A stretch of DNA of 63,881 nucleotides, counting the filler, from Reclinomonas americana ATCC 50394 (taxonomy: Eukaryota), in the NCBI GenBank assembly GCA_048213135.1. It is 18 parts of 18 records of this genome, joined end to end, with 100 filler letters (N's around TTAATTAATTAA, not from the genome) between each part and the next. Parts side by side here need not be neighbours in the genome. Positions count along the whole stretch, not along the records: positions 1 to 1,024 come from AFZH01016859.1; positions 1,125 to 3,747 come from AFZH01016860.1; positions 3,848 to 5,256 come from AFZH01016861.1; positions 5,357 to 7,848 come from AFZH01016862.1; positions 7,949 to 10,953 come from AFZH01016863.1; positions 11,054 to 12,546 come from AFZH01016866.1; 12 more parts are not named here. One strand, 5' to 3'. Made by a program: the position numbers and the translations under genes. This document shows, piece after piece, positions 1 to 11,785 of the stretch. The notes beneath the pieces are model-generated. The model worked only from the letters and a program-made list of their open reading frames with translations. It searched no databases and was not told the DNA's origin. The first letter of the stretch is position 1. The number at the start of each line of letters is the position of its first letter.

Positions 1-242
1 GTCATCAAGACAGCTGTTGCTTGTTTGTTGGTGAATGAATTGTTGTTGTTATGGAAACGGTTGAACTTGGTCGTCAAGACGGCTGCTGCTTGTTTCCTGG
101 TGTGTGAACTTTTGTTGGTGATTTTCTCGACTTTTTCTCGCTTTTTTTTTCGTGATGTCTGCGTTTCTGGTGCTCACTCAAGATGGTGATCATCATGCAG
201 CTGTGTTGCTGTTTGGATTAGTAAAGTTGTTGTTGTCGTTGT
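1..242. repeat. Dispersed intergenic repeat family, copy 1 (GGTTGAACTTGGTCATCAAGACAGCTG and CACTCAAGATGGTGATCATCATGCAGCTG units)
   Basis: Near-identical to 44892-45033; degenerate pieces at about 41060-41090 and 41296-41345. Confidence 0.85.
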
Positions 243-628
243 ACCGCTTGTGGATCCATCTTTCGGTGATTTTTACAGGCCTAGGGGCAATATCGTAAAT
301 ATCGATTATATCTGCGACATGCACAGCGAATTCGAATTCTCTCAACCACCTCCACCGTCACACTTCACTCAGCATCGACGACACAGAATGTCATCTCGTC
401 ATCGTCATCATCGCTGTCGCAAATCACCACTTCGAGCTCAAATTGCGAAGTGAACCGTTGCACGAGCGGTTGGTTCGTCAGACAATTTCATCCGCATAAG
501 CGCACGCACTCAACCAGCGCTCACTCATCGCAAGCTCCCTCTGTGTGTGTCTTACGCACGCGAGGGTGTGTGAACGAGAGCGGCATCAGAGCGCGCGCAC
601 GCACGCGTGTGTGTGAAGTCAAGAAAAA

Positions 629-1006
629 ATGGTGAGTGTGAGTGCGCAAAGCGGCTCTCGGACGATCTGATGATCAGAGAGAGAAAGAATGAGAGAGAGA
701 GATACGTACGTGCACACACATTCAGCGCGAGAGAGAAGGAGACACACACCTACAGACTGAACGCGAGAGTGTTTATCAGACATTCGGTTGCTCTTCACAC
801 AACACAATTCATCAACTTTTCACTCTGCTCTCTCCTCTGCTCTCTCTCTCACGCTGAGTGAATTGCGTGTGTTTGTGCAACAGCATCGAGGTACTGCTCC
901 TTTACCCGCTCAGCCAGCACCACCACCACTGGTCGACAGTCGCGAGACTACGATTGAGATGCGGGAGACGGCCATCCGATTAGACTTTGGGCATACTCGG
1001 CCGACT
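629..1006 (+). CDS. Hypothetical protein, 5' fragment (ATG-only first coding exon 629-631, next exon about 884-1006)
   Basis: AAAAAATG|GTGAGT donor at 632, CAACAG acceptor, in-frame continuation HRGTAPLPAQPAPPPLVDSRETT; runs into gap. Confidence 0.35.
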
Positions 1007-1024
1007 GTGCACACACAGACAAGA

Positions 1025-1124
1025 NNNNNNNNNNNNNNNNNNNNNNNNNNNNNNNNNNNNNNNNNNNNTTAATTAATTAANNNNNNNNNNNNNNNNNNNN
1101 NNNNNNNNNNNNNNNNNNNNNNNN
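1025..1124. other. Artificial assembly spacer (first of 17; others start at 3748, 5257, 7849, 10954, 12547, 17859, 24708, 33891, 40535, 41852, 45372, 47741, 54822, 58680, 61336, 62551)
   Basis: Identical 100-nt N44-TTAATTAATTAA-N44 block each time; the 12-mer places stops in all six frames; most flanks are microsatellites or repeats where assemblies break. Confidence 0.98.
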
Positions 1125-1433
1125 TGATGACATGACAGTACAGTGTGCATTCGCTGCGCATGGAAGACTCTGATCATGGCTGAAGCCACATGCATATGGA
1201 TATCGATGGTGCTGCTCTTCGCAATCTCAAATATATTCAACGTCGCTGTGAGCGGACGTGTACACTCCTCGAGCTGCACTTGATGCTCAGCTGTTGCTCG
1301 GTTGCTACCAGAAGATGCATGCGTGAGAGCAAGAGAGACATGCGATAAAACTCTTGTGGCGGACAGCTCGCTGCAACTCCGGTGAATCGAAACAGAAAAT
1401 CCTGTTTCTCCTCTCAGAAGACGTGCTGAGCGC

Positions 1434-4400
1434 ATGCACGGTCACCTTGCGATTGCAGTCGCCGTGTGCGTCCTCACTTTTGCTGCTCTCTTAACCTCGG
1501 CTGCTGGTGAGTCTCAGCAGATGCGTGCGACCGTTTCTCCCTGACGTCCTCTGTCTCTCCCACTCTCGCGCGCTGCACGACTTGTCTCTCTCGTCTCTTC
1601 CTCACACTGTCAATGCCCTCCACACGCACACATACTCTCCCACCTGCATCCTTGAAAAGAGAGGGCGAGAGAAAAAAGAGAGTGCTGAGAGAGAAACGGT
1701 CGACCCGCACAATTTGCGCGCCAAACTCACCCACTCACATACAGTCCTCGTTCCCTCGTCGCTCGTCATCCGCGCCGAGACCGCTGGTCAACTTGTCGAC
1801 CTCTCGCTTGTGGGTGTGCCGACGAATGCTGCATTCACCAGCACCTCCACACTCCGAGTGTTTGCATCGCGCACGTGTGAGGGAGTGGCGCCCACTGTCG
1901 TGTCGGCGCTGTTGAGTGTCAACAGCAGCAGTGGTGCCGCCACTGTTGCCTTCTCTGCGGCTGCCGACCGTGGTGGCGAGCGCTTTCTCTGTGTCGACTA
2001 TGACGGCGTCGCCGCCGATGCATTTGACATGGAGTTTGTCGGCGTTGTCTTTGTCTGTGAGTCTTTCCTCTCCGTCGCTTCTGTCCACGCTTCCCCTCCC
2101 GCGCCACTCACTTTCGCTTTTTCGGCGCAGACGCCTCCCCGTCGTCCACACCCCCGCTGCCACAGAGCATCCCCCTTGGCATGGCGGCGTTCTCGATGAG
2201 TGTGCCGACGCAGTTCATTCCGCGTTCGCCTGTTCCCGGTGCCACCACCACGTTTGAGCTGCGCTCGCAGGCCGACTGCACCGGCTCGAGTGTGATTAAC
2301 ACCCAGGTGAAGCTGAAGTCCATCGACGGCGCGTCTGTCGTGCTCTCCGTGGCCACCGCCACGACCTTTGGCGAAGGCTCCAAGGGACCGCTGGCCACCG
2401 GTACGTGTGCACTGGCGCCCTCGCGGTCGACATTCTTGTGCGGTCGGTGAGTGTACTCTGCGCTTGCTTCACTCTTTGCTCTTCTTCTCGAACTCACTCT
2501 GTCCGTCTTCGCCACAGCTTTCAGGCTGGCGGCCCACTGTTGTATCGGTTGCCTGTCGCGTCCGTGTTCCTGGTTGCCAGCACCAACGGCACAGCAGGCG
2601 GTTCCCCGATAACTCCTGTCTCGTATTCTACACCCACTCTGCTCGAATTCGGCAAGCAGAACGTCATCACCATCGGCTCCAGCTCGCGCACACTGAACGA
2701 CTGCACGGCCTTCAAGCTTGTCTCGTTTGGTCTGGACTGCGCCTCGACCCCGGACTATTCCAGCGCACCATCAGCTACCGGCGCCACCATGACCACAATC
2801 GGACCGGCGTTGTGTGAGTTCACCACCGGCTGCGCCAGCTTCCTCATCTCTGTCACCCCGAATTCGTCGCTCGGCGGTGCGGCTCTCCAGCTCTGCGTCG
2901 CCGTCAACAATCAAGAGTACAAGCGGACCAGCGAGGCTTTCGTCTCTGGCATTATGGTTCTTGATGGTGAGGCTCGAGTGTCGAAAACGACGAAACGCGG
3001 AACGACGGCCGTTCCATTTTTTGAGTTGGAGGTATCAACAATTTTCCCAAAGCGTTTCCTTCGCACGCCGCGCGTACTGTTTGGGATCCAGCATTACGAT
3101 AATGTGGGATTTCTTGCTGCGGATACCTACGTCAGCTGTGGCAAGCCGACCGTGTCGACGAGTTCTTTGACGACCAGATGCACTGCGTCAGTGTCGACTT
3201 TGAAATTGAGTGCGTTCATTCCCATGCGTTAACGCGATGTGTGTTCTCGATCAGCGTCTGAACTATGAATGCTTCTGGTGTAGACTATCTGGCATTCTAC
3301 GCGCACCCCGACAGTGCGTATTCTGCAGACGGGCAGCTCAATGTGTCGAACGGCAACGCGTGGACGGGAGCGAGTACCACCAAGAACGTGTCGACCGTGA
3401 GTCGTGCCACACAATATGAGAGAGAAGGAGCTTCTCTGCTGACTTGTCGATTGGCACAGACGGAGACCGTGTCTGCGAAAGCCACGTTCGCCACCATTCC
3501 CACATATGCGCTCGCCGTGTACGGAGTGAGCACGTCGCGGTTCCCGGTCAAGGGCAACAAGACAGCGCTCTCCGACAACTTTCTGGCTTCCGTCAGCCAG
3601 CCGTTCCGCGACAAAGTCCAGATTCGCTCGACGGTGGCTGGAGACGCGCGAGTCTCGAGCCTGTCGCTGTCATTCATCGCCGCTCCGGCCCGTCCCGATG
3701 GCACCAACACAAGTGGATTTGTTGTTCTCTCGGGAGGTGAGTTTTCCNNNNNNNNNNNNNNNNNNNNNNNNNNNNNNNNNNNNNNNNNNNNTTAATTAAT
3801 TAANNNNNNNNNNNNNNNNNNNNNNNNNNNNNNNNNNNNNNNNNNNNAACGTGCTCCGGTCACGGTACGTGCCAGACAGGCGGAACGTGCCAGTGTGATA
3901 CGGACTATTACGGATCGTCGTGCAACGTCAACTGTACAGCGGCCACGTCGTGCTCCGGCCACGGTTCGTGTAAGGCGGACGGTACATGCCAGTGCGATGT
4001 GGGCTATTATGGATCGTCGTGCAACGTCAGCTGTACAGCGGCCACTTCGTGCTCCGGCCATGGCTCGTGCAGGGCCGACGGCACCTGCCAATGTGCTGCA
4101 GATTACTACGGGTCGTCGTGCAATGTCAGCTGCGTGGCGGCAAGCACATGCAGCGGTCAAGGTTCGTGCAAGGCGGATGGAACGTGCCAGTGCGATATGG
4201 ACTATTACGGATCGACGTGCAACATCAACTGCGTGGCAGCCACCACGTGCTCCGGCCACGGTTCGTGCCAGACGGATGGAACGTGTCTGTGCGCCGGCGA
4301 CTATGTCAATAGCGACTGCAACTGCAGTCCGTCGGCGAATTGCTCTGGTCATGGTTCGTGCAGCGTCGACGGAACGTGCCAGTGTGATGCGAATTACTAC

Positions 4401-7400
4401 GGATCATCGTGCAACGTTAACTGCGTGGCGGCCATCGCGTGCTCCGGCCACGGTTCGTGCCAGACGGATGGCACGTGTCAATGTGCTGCGAATTACTACG
4501 GATCATCGTGCAGTGTCAACTGCGTGGCGGCCACCACGTGCTCCGGCCACGGTTCGTGCCAGACGGATGGCACGTGTCAATGTGCTGCGAATTACTACGG
4601 ATCATCGTGCAGCGTCAACTGCGTGGCGGCCACCACGTGCTCCGGCCACGGTTCGTGTCAGACGGATGGAACGTGTCAATGTGCTGCGAATTACTACGGA
4701 TCATCGTGCAGTGTCAACTGCGTGGCGGCTACTACGTGCTCCGGCCACGGTTCGTGCCAGACGGATGGAACGTGTCTGTGCGCCGGCGACTATGTCAATA
4801 GCGACTGCAACTGCAGTCCGTCGGCGAATTGCTCTGGTCATGGTTCGTGCACCGTCGATGGAACGTGCCAGTGTGATGCGAATTACTACGGATCATCGTG
4901 CAACGTCAATTGCGTGGCGGCCACCACGTGCTCTGGCCACGGTTCGTGCCAGACAGATGGAACGTGCCAGTGTGACACAGGGTTCAGTGGTGCGTCGTGC
5001 GGCAGCAGTGTCGGCGGGTCAACATGCAATGCCGCGACGACGTGCTCCGGCCACGGTTCGTGCCAGACGGATGGATCGTGTCAGTGCGATGTCGGCTACT
5101 ACGGATCATCGTGCAGCGTCAATTGTGTGGCGGCCAGCACATGCTCCGGCCACGGTTCGTGCCAGACGGATGGAACGTGTCAATGTGCTGCGAATTACTA
5201 CGGATCATCGTGCAACGTCAACTGCGTGGCGGCCACCACGTGCTCCGGCCACGGTTNNNNNNNNNNNNNNNNNNNNNNNNNNNNNNNNNNNNNNNNNNNN
5301 TTAATTAATTAANNNNNNNNNNNNNNNNNNNNNNNNNNNNNNNNNNNNNNNNNNNNAGATGGACGGATCGTGTCAGTGCGACGCGGACTACTACGGATCA
5401 TCGTGCAGCGTCAATTGCGTGGCGGCCACCACGTGCTCCGGCCACGGTTCGTGCCAGATGGATGGAACGTGTCAGTGTGACGCTGAGTTCAGTGGTGCGA
5501 CGTGCAGCAGTAGTACTGGTGGGTCAACATGCAATGCTGCAACAACATGCTCCGGTAACGGTTCATGCAACGTCGACGGAACGTGTCAGTGTGATGCAGA
5601 CTACTACGGATCATCGTGCAGTGTCAATTGTGTGGCGGCCAGCACATGCTCCGATCACGGTTCGTGCCAGACGGATGGAACGTGTCAGTGCACCGGCGAC
5701 TATGTCAACAGCAACTGCAACTGCAGTCCGTTGGTGACGTGCTCCGGACACGGTTCGTGCAATGCCGACGGCAGCTGTAATTGCAATACGCGTTGGTCAG
5801 GTGAGTCATAGTTTGCGCGTTTCTCCCGCTTATGCATTGCACACTGATGATTATTGTGCTTGCATTCTCTTCCCGTGCAGGCGGGTCTTGCGCTTGTGCA
5901 AATTTCAGAACGGGATTCGCTGCGCCCTGGTCGAGGGTGGCGAGCAACAGCAGTGGAACTTTTCTTGCTGCCACGTTTTCCTCCGAGTTAGGTGCTGGTG
6001 TCCCGTCTATCTCGGCTGACAGTGGGCAAACTTGGAGTAACGTGTCGTCACTCAATTTGAATTTCACTGGCATTGTCGTCAACGACGCAGGCACCAGAAT
6101 TTTTTTTACAAGCACTTCAGGTGCAACAATTTATACCCGATCATCAACCGCGGTGTCGTTCTCGACTCAGTCTGGGATGGGTCTGTCGAATACTGTCTGC
6201 ATGTCACCAGCCGGGAGCCGCGATCTCGCCGTTCTGGCTTACGTCGAACAGGCTCAACTGACAAGGGTCATGTTTTGGACGGGCGGCGCCTCTGCGTCGT
6301 CGGCTGACAGTGGCAATGCGCGAAACTGGGCGGCAGTGGCTGTGAGTCGCGATGGAACTCGCATGGCGGCAGTGGTGAATGGCGGACAGATCTATATATC
6401 TCCCTCTGGTTCAGAATTCAATTCTGCGTGGACGGCTGTGGATGCCAACCGGGCGTGGTCGGCGATTGCCATGAGTGACGACGGGACGAAAATGATTGCT
6501 GCTGTGAATGGAGGACAACTGTACACGTCTCTCGATTCTGGAGCCACCTGGGTTAGCAGAGAGTCGACTCGTAACTGGGTATCTGTGGCCTCTGACTCCA
6601 CCGGCGACAAGCTGGTCGCTGCCGTGAGCGGCGGTCAGATCTACACGTCCAGTGACGCGGGAGTGACATGGACTGCTCGTGCCACGGTGCAGTTGTGGAC
6701 CACTGTGACCTCCAACGCTGACGGCACTCATCTCGTGGCAGGCGTGGGCAACGGTGGACAACTGTTCGCGTCGTCCGATTCGGGCGTTACATGGAGTGTC
6801 GTATATACCACTATTGCGGCTGTCAACTGGTCGGCTGTGGCAGCCAACAGCGATGGCAGCAAGATGCTGGCTGCAATCAATAACGGTCCATTGTATCGGT
6901 CGTTGGACTTTGGTGCAAGCTGGACGTCCCTTGGAGCCGACAACGTTCGCGCCTGGTCCCGAATACTGTCGAGTGCCAGTGGCGCACGCATGTACGCAAT
7001 ATCTGCGGGCACCTTGCTGTCGTCTACTGACGCTGGGGAGACGTGGGTTACTCTGAGTACTGGCGCTTCTGCTGGCTCGCTGACAAACTTGGCGTGCAGT
7101 GCTGACGGTGTTTTCGTGCTTGTCGCCTATACCTCTTCTGGCACTGGCACACTTTACTTGTCGAGCGATGCGGGTCAGACATTTAGTGCGTTGACGAATG
7201 CGCCGAATGTGCAATTGTCAACGATTACGATCTCCAATGACGGGCAGATCATTTATGGCTCTGCGCCTGCAAATACTGCTAGTCTACTGCGAGCATCCTA
7301 TGATGGCGGCCAGACATGGACAACGATTGAGTCGAGCCGGCAGTGGCGGAGCGTCGCGTGCAGTGGAGACGGTCAGAAAGTCGCAGCACTTGCGACAACT

Positions 7401-7715
7401 GGTGGTGTGTACGTATCGACCAATTCCGGATCCTCGTTCACGCTGACCGCCACTGTTTTGACGAGTTTCCGGATCATTGTTGTCAGCTCCGATGGAGCTT
7501 ACATTGGTCTCATCGGAACTGGAGGACTGTCGACATCGTCTGACGGAATCACGTTCGTGGCACGGCCGAATATGCCAGCGTTCAGCCTGAGCTCTCCCTC
7601 TCTCGCATCGTGTGCCCTCGTTGGCAATAGTCTGGAGAGAGCCGTATGTACTCCCACTGGTACCAGTGCCGGTGCTGCACGTGTGCTTTTTGTTGGTGGT
7701 GATTGTCGTGTATGA
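1434..7715 (+). CDS. Large secreted protein: signal peptide, Cys-containing Ig-like beta modules, tandem EGF-like repeats, C-terminal BNR/Asp-box beta-propeller (spans two gaps; continuity across 3748-3847 assumed)
   Basis: MHGHLAIAVAVCVLTFAALLTSAA signal; introns 1507-1744, 2057-2130, 2447-2517, 3210-3283 and 5801-5880 keep frame; CSGHGSCQTDGTCQC repeats; SxDxGxTW Asp-boxes in 5881-7715. Confidence 0.75.
3848..5800 (+). repeat. Coding tandem repeat, about 96-nt units encoding tenascin/EGF-like domains
   Basis: Repeated NCVAATTCSGHGSCQTDGTCQCAANYYGSSCSV, near-identical at DNA level; broken by a gap at 5257. Confidence 0.95.
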
Positions 7716-7948
7716 AGAGAAGTTTTCGTATTATATCATCATTCTAGATCTGTTTACAATCATTTTCTACGAGAGTCAACTCTGATTTGTGTCTGTCGCT
7801 CTCAGATCTCACTCACACACTGCCAGTGGCATCACTCGACTGCAGCGANNNNNNNNNNNNNNNNNNNNNNNNNNNNNNNNNNNNNNNNNNNNTTAATTAA
7901 TTAANNNNNNNNNNNNNNNNNNNNNNNNNNNNNNNNNNNNNNNNNNNN

Positions 7949-8483
7949 GCACAAGTGCCATCGCAAGCACCAACACAACGTGGACTGTGCCGCACATCGT
8001 GCTGTGCTCGAGTGTCTTTTTCTTTTTTTCAGAGAGAAGTAAAGGGGAGAGAGGTGAGCAAGTTGCCTTGGCTCGTGGTCGGGAAGTATATTGTTCTGAA
8101 CCGGCTTTCTTCAGACTTTTGTAGTGGTGTGGCGGTGTCGGAATTGAGATGCGGTTGGGGACGGTTCAGCCTCGGAAATGTGAATGGCATAACGTACACA
8201 CATGCACATGAGAATGCAGGCGAGCGAATGCCGACGGCACACGTCTCCAGTCGTCGACAACATCCCCGAAGACCACATCTCCGTGGCGATTGCAGTATTT
8301 CCGATTTTCAACAGGCAGCAATCGAAATAAAAATGCGTTTGTTCGACTGGGTTTCTCCCTCTGTTTGACGATGGTTGTGGAAACACACACTGTGTGGGAA
8401 GTGGGGTAGCTAGAGAATCCGACGCAGGAGCTGCGTGTGCGGCAAACACGAAGCTCAACCGCACTCCACTGCTAAAATTAGCC
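7949..8483 (-). repeat. Segmental duplicate copy 1 (about 530 bp) carrying a signal-peptide-like start MCGTVHVVLVLAMALV
   Basis: Near-identical to 11054-11584. Confidence 0.9.
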
Positions 8484-8501
8484 AAAGACGGTTTACTGAC
8501 T

Positions 8502-10912
8502 TCACGCCGGAACAACAACTCGACTTGAAGCTGCTGCTGCTGTAGGTGCCTGTTGCTGCAGGGGTGCATTCGGTACCTGTAATGCGGCAAGTGGATCGTC
8601 GATGGCTCTAACTTGCTCTTCCTCCTCCTCTTCCACCTCCTCTTCCACCTCCTCTTCCTCGTCGATTTCTTCTTCATCTTCTTCGCCTTCCGCTGCCTCA
8701 GCCGCCTCACGTACTGCGCCGCTGATGCCACCGAGGGGGCCAGCGCCATAGAGTGGCGAAACTGCAGGCTCGCCCCACTCCGACTCATCATCCTCTTCTT
8801 GTTCGTCGTCACCCAGTGCCAACGCAGCACTGTCGTCGCGCCGTGCAGACTCTGATGGTGAAGCCTCGGAAAAGGCAGATTGCATGGCCATGTCGTGCGA
8901 TGGTGCCACATTGAGTAACGGAGGCACCACGGGCGCACCAGCGGCAGCAGATGCCACTCCCTGCGTGAACGTAAGCACATGATACAGGCTTGACGAAAGA
9001 ATGCTTCGGCAGTGCACCCACCGGTACCACTTGTGGCCTGACGTAGCTGAGTGGCACCTATCGCGCATAGGCAAGAGCCACGTGAGAAGAGACAAAGGGA
9101 GAGCATCTAGCTTGAGCTGGCGCTCACCGTCGGCATGGCTACGACAATGGAAGCTGGCGGAGGAGGTGGCGCCGCAGTTGGCATGCCCGCCGCCGGAGCA
9201 CTGCCTCGCTGCTGCGAATCAGACTTGCATTGAGAGCGGAGAAAGAGAAAGCAAGAAGACACAACACTGCTTACCAGCGCCCCTGGTGCTTCTGACTGCG
9301 GTGGTGGGGGCGGCGATGGCTGAGCACGCGGGTGAGGAAATAAGCACGACTCGATCGACAGCGTGCATGCCAATTACTCACCGCCACTGCAACCGGCTGC
9401 ACAGGCGACTGCCACGCCATGTTCAGTGAATACAAATAAGTGCAATCAGAGAGGCACGCCGACAACATACCAGTCGCACTGACGCCGCTGGTGATGGAGC
9501 TCGAAGCAACACGAGGCTCGGTGGTGGCCCGAGGGGTGCGGGTGGCAGCAGCTGCTCATCTACCTCGACGTCAGTGCGTACGCGGGCCGACATTGGGCGG
9601 CCGTCCGCGACTTCGGAGTACGCAGGCAGATTGACGAGTGGCGCTGGAGACCAACTGCGCGCGGAAAGCGGAGGCGAGATACTTCTGGCAGGCAATGCGA
9701 CGACCACGGGCACGGCGGCCATCGGCGGTGGCGCAGCAACCACAGCTGGCAGGACAACGCTGCGAGGTGACGACGGTTGAAGAAGGGGTGGCGGCGCCAC
9801 CTCCACCGGTGGTTGGGCTACCACCGGTGGAGAGAACGGGTGCGCAACCGGAAGCGGTCCCACAGGCGCCGATGCTTCACGTGCGCCGCCGAGTTGTGGG
9901 CCGATTGGGACAAGCGCCACATGCCCGAGATGCAGCGGCTCGTCGTCCTCGGCCTGCGGAGGGTGACGTACACGATCCAACAAATCGTGTGGCATGCCCA
10001 ACTGAATGCGCCGCGAAATGTGTCGTTCGGACAACTGCAGGGAACGCGGGCTTGAGAGGCCGGAGAGAGAGAGAGATATATAGATAGAAGTAGAATCACC
10101 ACAGACGTATTAACAACATGTACCTGCAGTGTATGAACAAGGATTCGCAAATACAATTTGGCAGCCGTGTCGTCGACGATGCGCGACACAGAGGACGGCG
10201 CTGGATCGGTGAAGAAAAACGACTCGCGGGCACTCAACGTGACGGGCATGAGACGCGCGATGCAGGCCTCGAGCTGCCGTGGCTTCAACTGCGACGAGTG
10301 CGTCACCACCGTGACCACGGGAATACCTGCCAAGTGAATCGATTTGTGGGTCAGCAAGTGCACGAGGGTGCAGAGCACATGCTTGCGCATACCTCTTCGA
10401 CGCTGACACAAGAAAAAGTCGCGCACAGCCGGACTGGCCGACACCAGCACCTCGTCAAGTCGCTGCGCGTCGGCCACATATATAATGGCATGCATCTGCG
10501 CCGACATGGGCGACGGCGGTGGCACATCGCCGAGTGCACGCGATATCAGCGGCATGGGTGACAGCGGTCGCACCTGTCCGAGAATAATCTCTTCCCACAC
10601 TCGCACGTCGCCACCCACTGCAATGCCACCCGTGTCCACCATGCAGAATCGCCATTGATCGCCAAAGTAGGGCTGGATGATGGCCTGTTGCACCACATGT
10701 GGAAGAGTTGGAAGGAGAGAGGAGAATGAAGCAAAAGGCGCGCAAACACACCGTGCCAGCAATGTCGTACTGCAGAGGTGAGGCCGGATCGTGAATTGGC
10801 GCCACGGGACGCCGTCGCCGTGGCAATAGCGCAAACTCATCCGCCAGCTGCGTCTCCCCTAGGCGATCGTCGACCAGTGCACGATACGTCGAGTTGATGT
10901 GCAGCGACTTGC
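8502..10912 (-). CDS. IFI44-like P-loop GTPase-fold protein with long Pro-rich and acidic C-terminal tail, 5' partial
   Basis: GKSLHINS, MVDTGG, EEIILGQV, MHAIIYVADA, GIPVVTVVTH and LYLRILVHTL occur in the same order as the IFI44/IFI44L motifs; GT-AG introns join it to the ORFs at 9423-10034, 9107-9373 and 8502-9095. Confidence 0.6.
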
Positions 10913-11053
10913 CTGCGCACACGCACACAGAGAAGAGAGAGAGAGAGGAAGACNNNNNNNNNNNNNNNNNNNNNNNNNNNNNNNNNNNNNNNNNNNNTTA
11001 ATTAATTAANNNNNNNNNNNNNNNNNNNNNNNNNNNNNNNNNNNNNNNNNNNN

Positions 11054-11584
11054 GCACAAGTGCTACCGCAAGCACCAACACAACGTGGACTGTGCCGCGC
11101 ATCGTGCTGTGCTCGAGTTTCTTTTTCTTTTTCAGAGAGAAGTAAAGGGGAGAGAGGAGCAAGTTGCCTTGGCTCGTGGTCGGAAGTATAATTGTTCTGA
11201 ACCGGCTTTCTTCAGACTTTTGTAGTGGTGTGGCGGTGTCGGAATTGAGATGCGGTTGGGGACGGTTCAGCCTCGGAAATGTGAATGGCATAACGTACGC
11301 ACATGCACATGAGAATGCAGACGAGCGAATGCCGATGGCACACGTCTCCAGTCGTCGACAACATCCCCGAAGACCACATCTCCGTGGCGATTGCAGTATT
11401 TCCGATTTTCAACAGGCAGCAATCGTAATAAAAATGCGTTTGTTCGACTGGGTTTCTCCCTCTGTTTGACGATGGTTGTGGAAACACACACTGTGTGGGA
11501 AGTGGGGTAGCTAGAGAATCCGACGCAGGAGCTGCGTTTGAGGCAAACGCGAAGCTCAACCGCACTCCACTGCTAAAATTAGCC
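11054..11584 (-). repeat. Segmental duplicate copy 2 carrying a signal-peptide-like start MRGTVHVVLVLAVALV
   Basis: Near-identical to 7949-8483. Confidence 0.9.
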
Positions 11585-11785
11585 GACTTGCCGCTCACAA
11601 AAGAAACTGCCGGACGGTTCACTAAAGCAGCGAGGTCAGCAGTTGCTGCGGAAAAAAGGACATTCATGCAACACCTAAAGCTTCATGTGAGCGTCAAAGG
11701 TTCATCCTGACAAGTATGTGACACATTTGCTCGCCCGGTTTTTGGCAGTGTTGTAAGATTGTGACTGAGAGTGTGTGGGAAAGAG

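Noticed and set aside
1069..1080. Recurring TTAATTAATTAA palindrome
   Set aside because: Always centred in N runs of fixed length: an artificial six-frame-stop linker, not biology.
3259..3261. In-frame TGA suggesting readthrough or an alternative genetic code
   Set aside because: It lies inside intron 3210-3283 (LKL-N-YLAF after splicing); TAA, TAG and TGA all end recognisable genes elsewhere.
3895..5304. 469-aa alternative-frame ORF and antisense ORF over the EGF array
   Set aside because: Shadow frames of a stop-poor GC-rich tandem repeat; the Cys-patterned frame is the coding one.
11495..11710. 71-aa ORF crossing the end of the duplicated segment
   Set aside because: Non-ATG start, no recognisable motif, lies in the upstream region of the gene at 11786.
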